Assembly: GCA_963665115.1 (NCBI GenBank)
Contig: OY762007.1
Span: forward strand, 192,001 to 256,000
DNA from: an uncultured Rivularia sp.
GTDB taxonomy: Bacteria > Cyanobacteriota > Cyanobacteriia > Cyanobacteriales > Nostocaceae
Length of the DNA stretch: 64,000 nt
Direction of reading: 5' to 3'
Shown piece after piece: positions 31,061-44,441 of the stretch. The notes below the pieces were generated by a model, which worked only from the letters and a program-made list of their open reading frames with translations, did no database searches and was not told where the DNA came from. Numbering within the stretch: position 1 is the stretch's first letter; each line of letters opens with the position of its first letter. The position numbers and the translations under genes were made by a program.

Positions 31061-31660
31061 CTACTTAAAATATGTATTAGGATCTTTTCCCATTTGAATT
31101 AGATTATCTGCGGTATTGTGTATACCAAATTCACCAGCCATATGCGCTCCTAATGTTCCGTGGAGATACATAATAAACATGATGACTAGTCCAACTAATA
31201 AATAACTAAATTGGACTTGCAAAGCTTTATCTTTACGGAATTGGAAACGTTGAAATCCTCGCCAAACAGCCATTCCAACGATAAATGCTAGCAGTGCAAC
31301 TCCTCCAACACCATGCCAAAGCATTGTTTCCATCGCTCCCAATCCCCAAGCACTTTTTACATCAGCTTGAGGTTGTGCCAGCATGATTTCATAAAAGCCT
31401 GCTGCAACTGTGAAAAAAGTAATTATGGCTGAAGCCACAATGTTATACCAGCCAACATCAAAAAAGTTGGAGCGATTAACACGAATAGATAAAAACTTGA
31501 AGAATGGTTTTTCTAAAGTGAAAAATACACCAACAATATCAAAGGTAATACCAATGATGAATAATCCTAATGTTAAATGCACTAAATTAGGATGAATTGG
31601 AATAGTATATGGTAATCCATTCGCACCTACATCTAAATAGTTAATTATTTCTGAATCCAT
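31061..31660 (-). CDS. DUF2231-like membrane protein
   Basis: PIHPNLVHLTLGL, WHGVGG, HGTLGAHM; 4 TM. Confidence 0.75.
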   Translation of the reverse strand: MDSEIINYLDVGANGLPYTIPIHPNLVHLTLGLFIIGITFDIVGVFFTLEKPFFKFLSIRVNRSNFFDVGWYNIVASAIITFFTVAAGFYEIMLAQPQADVKSAWGLGAMETMLWHGVGGVALLAFIVGMAVWRGFQRFQFRKDKALQVQFSYLLVGLVIMFIMYLHGTLGAHMAGEFGIHNTADNLIQMGKDPNTYFK

Positions 31661-32160
31661 TATAAAGCCCCCTCTTTTACAGCTTCAACAACTTGACTTG
31701 TATGCAATCCATACACCCAAACTAGTTTGTCTCCAAGATACACTTGAAAACATAGCAGAATTGTTAAAAGCAATCCTATTCCTAAATAAGTAAATGGTAT
31801 TTTCTTGGGGTAACGGATACGAATCACATAACGCCATCCCGTCATTGCAGCAATAAATCCTGAAAGTGACCAGCCTATTAAGGTATGCAAATTAAGTGTT
31901 GGTTCTACCGCATCATAAGCTTGTGCCAAACCTGCTTCGATTTGACCAAAAACAACTGCGACGAAAACAGAAATTGTAGCGAAAAACATATTCCACCAAC
32001 TAACTTCAAATAATCGAGTGTTGTTAGTAAAATAACCTACTACATCGCAGACAAAGGCAAACAAAACCATCGCTATCACAAAATGGACGACAATAGGATG
32101 AATTGTATCTGGATAGGGTAAATTATGCTCATTTAAATGCGGAATTAGTTTCTCAAGCAT
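31660..32160 (-). CDS. DUF2231-like membrane protein
   Basis: TIHPIVVHFVIAM, LHTLIGW, YLGDKLVWVYGLH; likely start MLEKL (ORF open to 32187). Confidence 0.75.
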   Translation of the reverse strand: MLEKLIPHLNEHNLPYPDTIHPIVVHFVIAMVLFAFVCDVVGYFTNNTRLFEVSWWNMFFATISVFVAVVFGQIEAGLAQAYDAVEPTLNLHTLIGWSLSGFIAAMTGWRYVIRIRYPKKIPFTYLGIGLLLTILLCFQVYLGDKLVWVYGLHTSQVVEAVKEGAL

Positions 32161-32596
32161 TGTATTTCCTTCTACATATTTAGCCAATTATTCGCTAAAT
32201 CTTTTCCCTTTTATCTTAACAATATTATGTTATATTTCGTAATAAAAATTCACTGTAGTTAACCGTACAGAATTGCTAATAATTCATTGTTGTTTCAACT
32301 ACTTTTTAACTTAAATACAAAAAAATTTAAGCATTATCAAATTGAAATATTTTGCATAAATCAAATATAAAATTGGATACAATTCCTCCAATTTTATTTT
32401 GTGCTTTTGTACCTATGAATGCAAAGTAAGGAGTAGGGAGTAAGGAGTAGGATAAATAGCTAAAATCCCAGATCCAATATTTTGATATCTGGGACAAAAT
32501 AAGAAATATTATAAGTTTAAGGAAACTATCTATATCTAGAAAAACTCTTTCCTTTCCTCTCTAGTTGCTACTCTCTACTTCCTACTCCCTGCCTTG

Positions 32597-33208
32597 CTAA
32601 TTCTTAACCCATCGCCATTGATAACTATTCCATTGATAAATACCTTGGATTTGATATTCTGCACCATCGTTGAAGCGGATAGTGCAAGTTGTATAGGAGG
32701 TATCTTTATCGACAATTTCTTCAAGACTAATCACCGTGCAGGAAAACCATTGAGGCTCGCAAGGTGTACCCTCTTGTACCCATTCCCATAATCCATTGCA
32801 AACTTCGATGCGATCGCCAACTTGTAATTTGAGGTTTGCTTCGGTTGCGAGTTCATCAAAATGATATTTTTCAACACTATTTAACCACTGTATCCCATGA
32901 TTTTCGCGGATAAATTGGACGACACCAGAATTTTTTTCTTGCAACCAATCATTGAGTAATTGCACTTTCCAGGAACGATTTTGTTCTTCCTGTTCCTTGA
33001 CGAACTGAGAAAAAACTTTTAATTCTTCAGAAGTCAATTCTTTTAAAGGATTTACATTATTTAATAAGCCTTTGCTGGAATTTCCATTGATTTGCTGGCT
33101 TAACACTTGCAGCAAGATCATTTTTTGCCCATCAGTGAGAGGACAGCGGGCTGCATCGCAATGAGTGAAAGCTGCTTGCAGTGCTACTTCTATCTCATCT
33201 GGTGTCAT
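32597..33208 (-). CDS. conserved hypothetical protein
   Basis: 203 aa ORF, C-terminal SH3-like GDRIEVCNGLWEWV. Confidence 0.7.
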   Translation of the reverse strand: MTPDEIEVALQAAFTHCDAARCPLTDGQKMILLQVLSQQINGNSSKGLLNNVNPLKELTSEELKVFSQFVKEQEEQNRSWKVQLLNDWLQEKNSGVVQFIRENHGIQWLNSVEKYHFDELATEANLKLQVGDRIEVCNGLWEWVQEGTPCEPQWFSCTVISLEEIVDKDTSYTTCTIRFNDGAEYQIQGIYQWNSYQWRWVKN

Positions 33209-33397
33209 AATATGGTTACAAATGAGGGTCTATTCGTTTAATTATTACAAAATTTTTGAATTTTTGAAATTATCTCTTGATACAATGTTATATTTATAGA
33301 TTAGTTATTTCACTACTTTTTTTAGAGAATAATCCTTTCACTAGCATTGAAAAGCAGCATAGAAAGCAAACAATATCCTTGTAGGAAATTGATATTT

Positions 33398-33664
33398 TTA
33401 TATCAGTTCTTTTTCAGCTTGAAGCCAACATTCTAAAGATTTGCCATTCGGACAACCCATTTGTTGCCAAATCTGATAAGCTTTCAAGCGAATTTTATCT
33501 TCATCTGGACGGTTGCCGATCAAATGTTCGCAAGAATTAGTAGTGAAATTATAGGGAATTCTTTCAAAAAAGTTCTTTTTACCTGGGATTTTAGCTGTAA
33601 AGCGGTAACAATTTTGTTTTATCGGACAGTTTTTTCCCAGGCACAAAGTAATATCGTAAGACAT
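33398..33664 (-). CDS. DUF2934-domain protein with N-terminal Cys motif
   Basis: IRLKAYQIWQQMGCPNG..ECWLQAEKEL; DITLC..CPIKQNCYR; start likely MSYD. Confidence 0.7.
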   Translation of the reverse strand: MSYDITLCLGKNCPIKQNCYRFTAKIPGKKNFFERIPYNFTTNSCEHLIGNRPDEDKIRLKAYQIWQQMGCPNGKSLECWLQAEKELI

Positions 33665-33803
33665 ATATATTAAAAAGCTAGTAACGTCATTTGAGAGATA
33701 TTTATAGTACTCCATCGAATCTTTCAATCAAAACTAAAAAGATGAACCAATAGTCGCTGGTAAAGTTAAAATCAGAACTAATAGAAGAAATCATCTAAAT
33801 CCT

Positions 33804-34148
33804 ATGGCTGCTGCAAAACGTAAATCTTCCGATAAATCCTCTGGTTGGCGAGAATTTGGTGACGATAATGCTGCAACTCAAAGAGCAACACCCGATTTAC
33901 CTCCAGAAAAACAAGATTTACGGGTACAGGCTACTCGGGCTGGGCGTAAAGGTAAAACTGTGACGATAATTACGGGATTTCAAAGTAAACCTGAAACTTT
34001 ACAAGCTTTATTAAAACAGTTAAAAGGTCAATGCGGTTGCGGTGGTACCGTTAAGGAAAATGAAATTGAAATTCAAGGGGAACACAAACAAAAAATTCTC
34101 GAAATTTTGAAGAAGCAAGGTTATAAAGCTAAAATTAGCGGTGGGTGA
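33804..34148 (+). CDS. yciH: SUI1/YciH translation initiation factor
   Basis: RAGRKGKTVT, LKGQCGCGGTVK, IEIQGEH. Confidence 0.9.
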   Translation: MAAAKRKSSDKSSGWREFGDDNAATQRATPDLPPEKQDLRVQATRAGRKGKTVTIITGFQSKPETLQALLKQLKGQCGCGGTVKENEIEIQGEHKQKILEILKKQGYKAKISGG

Positions 34149-34644
34149 TTCAGTTGACAGTGAACAGTTATTTTTTTATTATACCTATAGAGATTTGAGT
34201 TAGTTTTGATACATTTATTACGTAGCTATTATAAAAAATATATTGTTCTATATCACCTAAAGGTTGACTAGATATGGTGTAAATTATGCCTAATAAAGAT
34301 CCCGTTACTATAGGGCTAGTAATATTTGTCTCTATTGTTGCAACTATTATTGGAATCAAAAATCTTGTTTGGTTTACAGATGTGGTTAATCGCGAAGTAA
34401 TAAATATTGAAAGAAAATCAAATTAAAAATAATTATCAAGATAATTTGCATTTTGATCTACCAATAGTTGATTCAAAACAGACATCTTGCATCATTCTCA
34501 ATAAGCCTTTATAAACCCGGTTTCTCTTCGTGAAAGCACGACTATCTCGTTGTGAAATCAACAAGAAACCGGGTTTCTGACACCTGTGCAAGATATTGAT
34601 TCAAAATGCACTTGCTACATTCCCAATCCCCAATTCCCAATTCC

Positions 34645-35160
34645 CTATTCCAAATAATCCCCCGATTTACCACCACTCTTACTCACCAAATGTATTGATT
34701 CAATTTGAATCGATTTTTCCAAAGCTTTCGCCATATCGTATAAAGTTAGTGCAGCAACAGAAACTGCCGTTAAAGCTTCCATTTCCACCCCAGTTTCAGC
34801 TTTGGTTTTAACCGTTGCTTGAATTTCGTAACCCGGTAGCTCGGGTAAAGGTGTAATTTGCACGTTGATTTTTTGTAACGGTAAAGGATGGCATAAAGGA
34901 ATTAAATTTGGTGTTTGTTTTGCAGCCATAATTCCAGCAAGTCTCGCTGTTGCTAATACATCACCCTTTGGAGCGTTTCCTGATTGAATTGCAGCGAAAG
35001 TTTCTTGTTTCATCCGCACTTTACCAGCAGCTACAGCTTGTCTAACAGTGGATACCTTGGCAGATACATCCACCATTTGGGCTTCTCCACGATTATCTAA
35101 ATGAGTTAAACCCTGTTGAACAGTAGAATTCAGCGAATTTTGAAAATTTTCTTGTGTCAT
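34645..35160 (-). CDS. moaC: cyclic pyranopterin monophosphate synthase MoaC
   Basis: [42 protein letters not shown]. Confidence 0.95.
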   Translation of the reverse strand: MTQENFQNSLNSTVQQGLTHLDNRGEAQMVDVSAKVSTVRQAVAAGKVRMKQETFAAIQSGNAPKGDVLATARLAGIMAAKQTPNLIPLCHPLPLQKINVQITPLPELPGYEIQATVKTKAETGVEMEALTAVSVAALTLYDMAKALEKSIQIESIHLVSKSGGKSGDYLE

Positions 35161-35194
35161 CTGACTGACATATGTTAGTATTATTGAGTTGCAA

Positions 35195-35268
35195 GGGCGT
35201 GTAGCTCAGTGGACTAGAGCACGTGGCTACGGACCACGGTGTCAGGGGTTCAAATCCCTTCTCGCCCG
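35195..35268 (+). tRNA. trnR-ACG: tRNA-Arg(ACG)
   Basis: GGGCGTG TA GCTCAGTGGACTAGAGC A CGTGG CTACGGA CCACG GTGTC AGGGG TTCAAAT CCCTT CTCGCCC G. Confidence 0.95.
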
Positions 35269-35483
35269 TTTTTAAAAAGTAAGGTGTTAGGAGTGAGGAG
35301 TTAAGAATTTTAACTTTTTGCTCTTATCTTTTTTAGTATACGTTACAGCTACGACGGTACGATTAAAATGTTTTTTGAAAACTAGTACCCAGTCGCGATA
35401 ATTTTAAAAGGTAATCAAGGTTCGTAGTAAGGGCTTTAGCCCTAAATCCGAGGACTAAAGTCCTTACTACGAACCAATGGAAA

Positions 35484-38045
35484 TTATCTAATTCTGGGAT
35501 TCCCAGTTTCTCCGACCATGATTCCACGACCTGTTAAAGCTGCATAAACTAAGTTAGCAGAACGCATATCTCCTTCCAACCAAGTGATTCCAGGAAATTG
35601 CTGTACTTCTGGGTTGCTAATTTTCTTCCAAGTTTGACCCATATTTTTGGAAATATACATGGCATCTTTCTTTGCACCAGCTACGCGCCCAAATATATAG
35701 ATGTAGGGGTTTTTATTTGAATTACCTTTACCAAAGGTCACGAATTCACAAGTATCTACCGATGCAATTGCATTGAAATTTTTTCCCCCATCAATAGAAC
35801 GATATAGTTTATTTCCTTCTAGTTCTTCGGGATTGCGAGCAAAACTCATCCACACATCATTTTGTTTTGTGGGATTGGGAACTATTGCCGGACGAATTTT
35901 CCATGTGGGTAATTTTCCGGATGCTCCTTTTCTCCAGTTAGCGCCGCCATCGTTGCTGTAGTAGAATGTCCAACCGTTGTAATAGTAAAAAGTTTTACCT
36001 TGAGGGTCTTGACGGTCGGCTGCTAAAATATACGAACTTAACCAAGGATTAATGCTATTCGCCCAAGCTTTAGGCAATGCATCGTAGTGGGTGTGTTCAT
36101 CGCTGTTAGGATCGAAAGGTTCGGGCTTTGGCTTGTGGTCTAGGTTTCGCGCTATCTTCCAAGTTTTGCCACCGTCCATAGTATAGTGAGTCCAAGGTCC
36201 CCAAGTCGGTGCCCAAACCATGTTATTCGGGTTAGTAGGCGACATGGCTATTTGCCCGCCCATTGCAATGGTTTTCTGTCGCTTAGACTTTGATTTACTC
36301 CACATATTTTCTGTGGGTACGGACTCGAAAGCCTGCCAAGTTTTACCGTTATCTTTGGTGTAACCATGTATCGGGTAAAATCCTTGCCATTGGTGAAAAC
36401 CTACGAAGGCTGCATTTTTGGGCTTTTTGTAGGCATAATCCATACCCGTTGCTCCTGCTACATGGGGAAAGGGTACGGGATATTTTTTCCATTGGGGGTT
36501 AGCCCATTTAAAATAAGGACTGACATCAATGTTTTGTGGGTTAATTTTCTCGTCGGGTACTTTGTAACGGTTGACATGACGAAAACCAATCATGTCCTGT
36601 ACTCCACTGATTAAATCTGCCCCTCCCTGAGATTTGGGAACTGGTGGAACTCGCACGATGTTAGCGTCAAGTTCTTCTAAGTTGTTCATCACCCATTTGA
36701 AGCTTGGCTTTTCGGCTGTTATGTTATCGCTACAAGCTACACCCCAACCATTTGTCCACCATACTTGTTTGGGATTTGCTGGATCGAAAACAACTACCGA
36801 TGCTCCAGTTCCTGAATATGATTGATAGTATTTGGGAGCTGATGGATTTACTTTATCTTTGGGATTATTTGCATCATAAGCACCCATATACATTGTTTGC
36901 TTTTTCCAACTGTTACCACCATTGTTGGAGCGGTAAAGGTACTTATCGGAAATCGCTACTACTGTATTAGGGCGATCGCTCTGTACTGCTACGGCCGAAT
37001 AAACTCTGTTAGTATCATCCGGGGTGATGTCAGTCCATTTTTGATTTTGATATTTACGAACTCCACCAGTTTTTTTGCCGCCACCGCTGGGGTAAGTCCC
37101 AAAACTTACGTAAAACTTACCGTTGTCAGCAACTGTTCCGCGTAAGGGATCTTTCCCTCCTGCAATATTACGCCAGGATTTACCGGCATCTTTACTTTGC
37201 CATACGCCTTTTCCATGAATTCCTACATATATATTTTGAGTAGCTCGATCGGTTTTTCCAGAATTTTGATCGAAAGCAACAAAGGTAAAACCGGCTATAT
37301 CTTTATTCTTCTTTCCGTCAGATTTGTTGTATTCTGGCAAACTTTTAGCAGATGGTAATCCCCCGCTAACCTGCGTCCATTCTTGTTCTCCGTTCTTTTT
37401 CCACAGTCCATTTCGACGAGAAGCAAAATAAACTATTTCGCTATTATTTGGATCTACCGCTAACCTTTCCCCTGTATCGGAACGGTATTTTTGATTAGCT
37501 CCCACAAAGACATTTTTTTTACCCAATCCTGTTGATTTCCAAGTATTTCCCCTATTTTGGGAAACCATTACTTCACCAGAATATTTATACTTTTTAGTAT
37601 TACCTTCGGTGATAGTTGAACTGGCATGATTTACCGCAGCATATATATGAGTCGGCTTTTGCGGATCGACAGCAATGCTTTCAACACCGATACCACCCCC
37701 TGAAAAGTTAGTATCAAACATATCCATCAAAGGCAGCCACTTCTTATTCTTGCGATCGAAGCGATAAGCACCACCAATATCCGTGCGGACGTACACATCG
37801 TAGGGTTTTACAGGTGCTATTGCCATCCCCGTAACGTAACCCATGCCCTGAATATTTACGTTATTCCATTTGAACGATTGTGAATTCTGAGTGTGAGCGG
37901 ATATTAAGTTAAAGTTATTCCACACTAAAAGCGTTACTGCTGTAGATATTAGCAGTACAAAGAAACTTAATTTTCGTAGTAAATGCATGAAATGTAGTTG
38001 TTTGCGGGGAATATTCATTGTTGTGAAACCGCATATAAACAGCAA
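35484..38045 (-). CDS. secreted GH74/xyloglucanase-like beta-propeller (BNR/Asp-box repeats); true start probably downstream
   Basis: WNNVNIQGMGYVTG, YVRTDIGGAYR, GERLAVDP, repeated SxDGGxxW. Confidence 0.8.
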   Translation of the reverse strand: MLFICGFTTMNIPRKQLHFMHLLRKLSFFVLLISTAVTLLVWNNFNLISAHTQNSQSFKWNNVNIQGMGYVTGMAIAPVKPYDVYVRTDIGGAYRFDRKNKKWLPLMDMFDTNFSGGGIGVESIAVDPQKPTHIYAAVNHASSTITEGNTKKYKYSGEVMVSQNRGNTWKSTGLGKKNVFVGANQKYRSDTGERLAVDPNNSEIVYFASRRNGLWKKNGEQEWTQVSGGLPSAKSLPEYNKSDGKKNKDIAGFTFVAFDQNSGKTDRATQNIYVGIHGKGVWQSKDAGKSWRNIAGGKDPLRGTVADNGKFYVSFGTYPSGGGKKTGGVRKYQNQKWTDITPDDTNRVYSAVAVQSDRPNTVVAISDKYLYRSNNGGNSWKKQTMYMGAYDANNPKDKVNPSAPKYYQSYSGTGASVVVFDPANPKQVWWTNGWGVACSDNITAEKPSFKWVMNNLEELDANIVRVPPVPKSQGGADLISGVQDMIGFRHVNRYKVPDEKINPQNIDVSPYFKWANPQWKKYPVPFPHVAGATGMDYAYKKPKNAAFVGFHQWQGFYPIHGYTKDNGKTWQAFESVPTENMWSKSKSKRQKTIAMGGQIAMSPTNPNNMVWAPTWGPWTHYTMDGGKTWKIARNLDHKPKPEPFDPNSDEHTHYDALPKAWANSINPWLSSYILAADRQDPQGKTFYYYNGWTFYYSNDGGANWRKGASGKLPTWKIRPAIVPNPTKQNDVWMSFARNPEELEGNKLYRSIDGGKNFNAIASVDTCEFVTFGKGNSNKNPYIYIFGRVAGAKKDAMYISKNMGQTWKKISNPEVQQFPGITWLEGDMRSANLVYAALTGRGIMVGETGNPRIR

Positions 38046-38279
38046 AATTTGTTTCTATGTCTTTTCTTTTCTTCTTTATGTTCCTTTTCAGGAAGAAAAA
38101 TAAGATGTAATCAACAGGAAAGCATACAAAAATGAATTGTCTCTGTTTATCTAACTACATAGTTGCTGCAAAATTCATTCGATTGGTTTATATCAAGATA
38201 AGTAATATTGATTCTTCATCGGAACTTTATAATTAAGCATGGAATCTAGCAGGAAGGTTTAACAATCGCTAAAATCCTT

Positions 38280-38374
38280 GTCATTGCGAGCGGAGCGAAG
38301 CAATCCCAAGATGTTGCCATTGCTTCGTCGTTCCTCCATTCCCTAAGAGGGAACACTCCGTGAACGCAATGACG
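38280..38374. repeat. GTCATTGCGAG...GAAGCAATC...TTGCTTCG...CGCAATGAC palindromic element
   Basis: Terminal and internal inverted repeats read directly. Confidence 0.6.
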
Positions 38375-38515
38375 ATTTAAAGGCGTTCAAATCCCTGAAA
38401 CCTATGTGGAGAGTACTTGTGTGTACACCGTAGAGTAAGGAGAGGGGAGGGGGTGAGGTTTTATTTGTGCTGCTATAACAAGCAGTGTTTGTTCAATTCC
38501 CTTCTCCAATTACAT

Positions 38516-38544
38516 AAAAAAAAGAGGCCGTCTTTGACCTCTTT
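38516..38544 (-). terminator. intrinsic terminator after apcC
   Basis: AAAGAGG..CCTCTTT hairpin plus U run on minus strand. Confidence 0.6.
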
Positions 38545-38607
38545 GAAACTCCCTAAAATATTTATTTTTGGTTTATTTTTGGTTTATTTTTTGATTGATT
38601 TTAATAT

Positions 38608-38811
38608 CTACTTTAAACCAGTATTCATACCTTGCTTGCCGGTAGCTAATTCTACCTTAACAATTGTGCCACCCATTTTCTGAATGCGTTGCTGTTCGCG
38701 AAACCAGTTTTCGTAAGGAACTAGTTTAGTGAAGTAGGTATTTTGCAATTCGCGTTGAGTACGAACTCTAGTTTGGCTGGGAACGCAAGCAGTAACTTTA
38801 AACATCCGCAT
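38608..38811 (-). CDS. apcC: phycobilisome core small linker
   Basis: MRMFKVTACVPSQTRVRTQRELQNTYFTKLVPY. Confidence 0.97.
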   Translation of the reverse strand: MRMFKVTACVPSQTRVRTQRELQNTYFTKLVPYENWFREQQRIQKMGGTIVKVELATGKQGMNTGLK

Positions 38812-39100
38812 GGGATTTAATCTCCTTATGGTAGTAGCTGAGAATTTTTTTATTAGAAGAATTTCAGAATTAACTTAACTCTGAACTTCTTTATTATTTA
38901 TTTCAAAAAAAGCAAATCTTTATTTGATTATTGCGAGGCTGGAAATCAATCATCAATACCAGACAGCTAATACATATAATTCCAAATCTTGAAAAATAAG
39001 CAATCAGACTTTCTAGCACTCATAACTGATTTCCAGACCTTCATCATTAGTCGCACTTAAACAAATCCAAGATTTAATTCAAGCACTTCTAAAAATGCTA

Positions 39101-39586
39101 CTAGCTTAAGCCAGAGCAGATGTAGTCGAAGTATACGCCCATTTCCTTACCAGCATCAGGACCAACCAAGCTAGCGGTTACTTCCTTCATGGATTGGATA
39201 GCTTGTACGGTAGCACCAACAGGTACGCCCAAGGAATTGTAGGTTTCTTTCAAACCGTTCAATACGCGCTCATCCAAGATGGAAGGATCGCCAGCCAACA
39301 TAGCGTAGGTGGAGTAACGTAAGTAGTAATCCAAATCGCGGATACAAGCAGCGTAACGGCGAGTGGTGTACATATTACCACCGGGACGGGTGATATCAGA
39401 GTACAACAAGGACTTAGCTACAGCTTCCTTAACGATTGCAGCAGCATTAGCAGCAATTGTGGTAGCAGCACGTACTCTCAATTCACCAGTCTGGAAATAG
39501 CCTTTTAGCTTTTCCATTGCGCCGGTATCGAGGTACTTACCTTGAACGTCCGAAGAATTAATGACAGAAGTAATTGCGTCTTGCAT
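39101..39586 (-). CDS. apcB: allophycocyanin beta subunit
   Basis: [29 protein letters not shown]. Confidence 0.98.
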   Translation of the reverse strand: MQDAITSVINSSDVQGKYLDTGAMEKLKGYFQTGELRVRAATTIAANAAAIVKEAVAKSLLYSDITRPGGNMYTTRRYAACIRDLDYYLRYSTYAMLAGDPSILDERVLNGLKETYNSLGVPVGATVQAIQSMKEVTASLVGPDAGKEMGVYFDYICSGLS

Positions 39587-39656
39587 TTTATTATTTCCTT
39601 ATTTCCAAACTGTTTTACAACATTTGGGAGATGTTATAGGGTTTCAGAGATTCGCC

Positions 39657-40142
39657 CTACTGCATCGCACCTACTAAATAGTCAAAGTAAGAACCAGCTT
39701 CGCCAGAGTCTTCAGCAGACATCATGCCGGTAGCAACATTCTTCATAGCGCGAACGCCTTCAGCAACTGCATCAATAGGAGTTCCGAGGGACTTATACAT
39801 TTCACGAACGCCTACAATACCGATTTCTTCGATGGGTGTTACATCACCAGCAACGATTCCATAGGTAACTAAGCGTAGATAGTAATCCATGTCGCGCAAG
39901 CAGGTAGCAGTCATTTCTTGACCGTAAGCATTACCGCCAGGAGATACAACGTCAGGACGCTTTTGGAAAAGTTGGTCGCCAGCTTGCTTAACGATGCGCT
40001 CGCGGTTTTCGGTTAGCATTTGAGCAATCCGCAAACGGCGCTCACCACCTGTAACAAAACCTTTGATTCTATCTAATTCGCCAGGGCTGAGGTAACGTGC
40101 CTCTGCATCAGCATTAACAATGGACTTTGTGACGATACTCAT
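39657..40142 (-). CDS. apcA: allophycocyanin alpha subunit
   Basis: [34 protein letters not shown]. Confidence 0.98.
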   Translation of the reverse strand: MSIVTKSIVNADAEARYLSPGELDRIKGFVTGGERRLRIAQMLTENRERIVKQAGDQLFQKRPDVVSPGGNAYGQEMTATCLRDMDYYLRLVTYGIVAGDVTPIEEIGIVGVREMYKSLGTPIDAVAEGVRAMKNVATGMMSAEDSGEAGSYFDYLVGAMQ

Positions 40143-40529
40143 AAAAGGATTCCTCCAATACGAATGAAACCTGAGTTTATTTCAAAATGGTGTTTTTTAA
40201 TAAACGGTTGATTAAGTTTTTTTACTTCGGAACTTCAAGTACATTCCGAGCCTGCGAAAGGTAAACACCAGTACCAAACTTTGGAAACTCAATCATCTAC
40301 AGAAGTTATTCTCCAGCATTCTGTTGAGTATTTATAACTCTTTTTAACAGTTCGTAACATTAATTTTCATGTTCGCCTGTTTTTGGGGATTGGGGATTGG
40401 GGATTGGGGATTGGGCATTGGAGAGAGGGGGTAGAGGGGGAAGAGGGGGTAGAAAAAACTCCTAACTCCTAACTCCTAACTCCTAACTCCTAACTATTCC
40501 CAATGCCCTATTCCCTATGCCCAAATTTG

Positions 40530-44069
<3,540 letters not shown>

Positions 44070-44441
44070 CTAGCTTTTAGATTAGAATGTTTTGAGTTTG
44101 AACGGGGTGTTTGTTAAGAAGTGTGTCAAAATCCCATTAATTGATGTATTTTCTCTGGTTAATAGGAAATTGGGCATAGGGCATGGGGGATTGGGCATGG
44201 GGGGATAGATTAATGGTGTAGAGACGTAGCAGTGCTACGTCTCCCTGTATTTAGGGCAATACCGATAATTCCGTAAAATGTTATTGCTAAAATGTTTCGA
44301 CTATGTTCAAATCCACTGGGGGTTGCAAACCCCATGAGCTAATAGTTGCCTTAAATCACCCGCAGCCTAGAAGACTGGGGCTATCGAAACAAAGCCTACC
44401 TGCGTGGGCTAAATCCAGCACTTTTTTATAAAGAAATAGTA

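Noticed and set aside
34168..34359. 63-aa minus-strand ORF
   Set aside because: No motif, weak start, very AT-rich; at most a gene remnant
35195..35480. tRNA-Arg as an integration site for an island
   Set aside because: No integrase and no duplicated tRNA 3' end seen in the window
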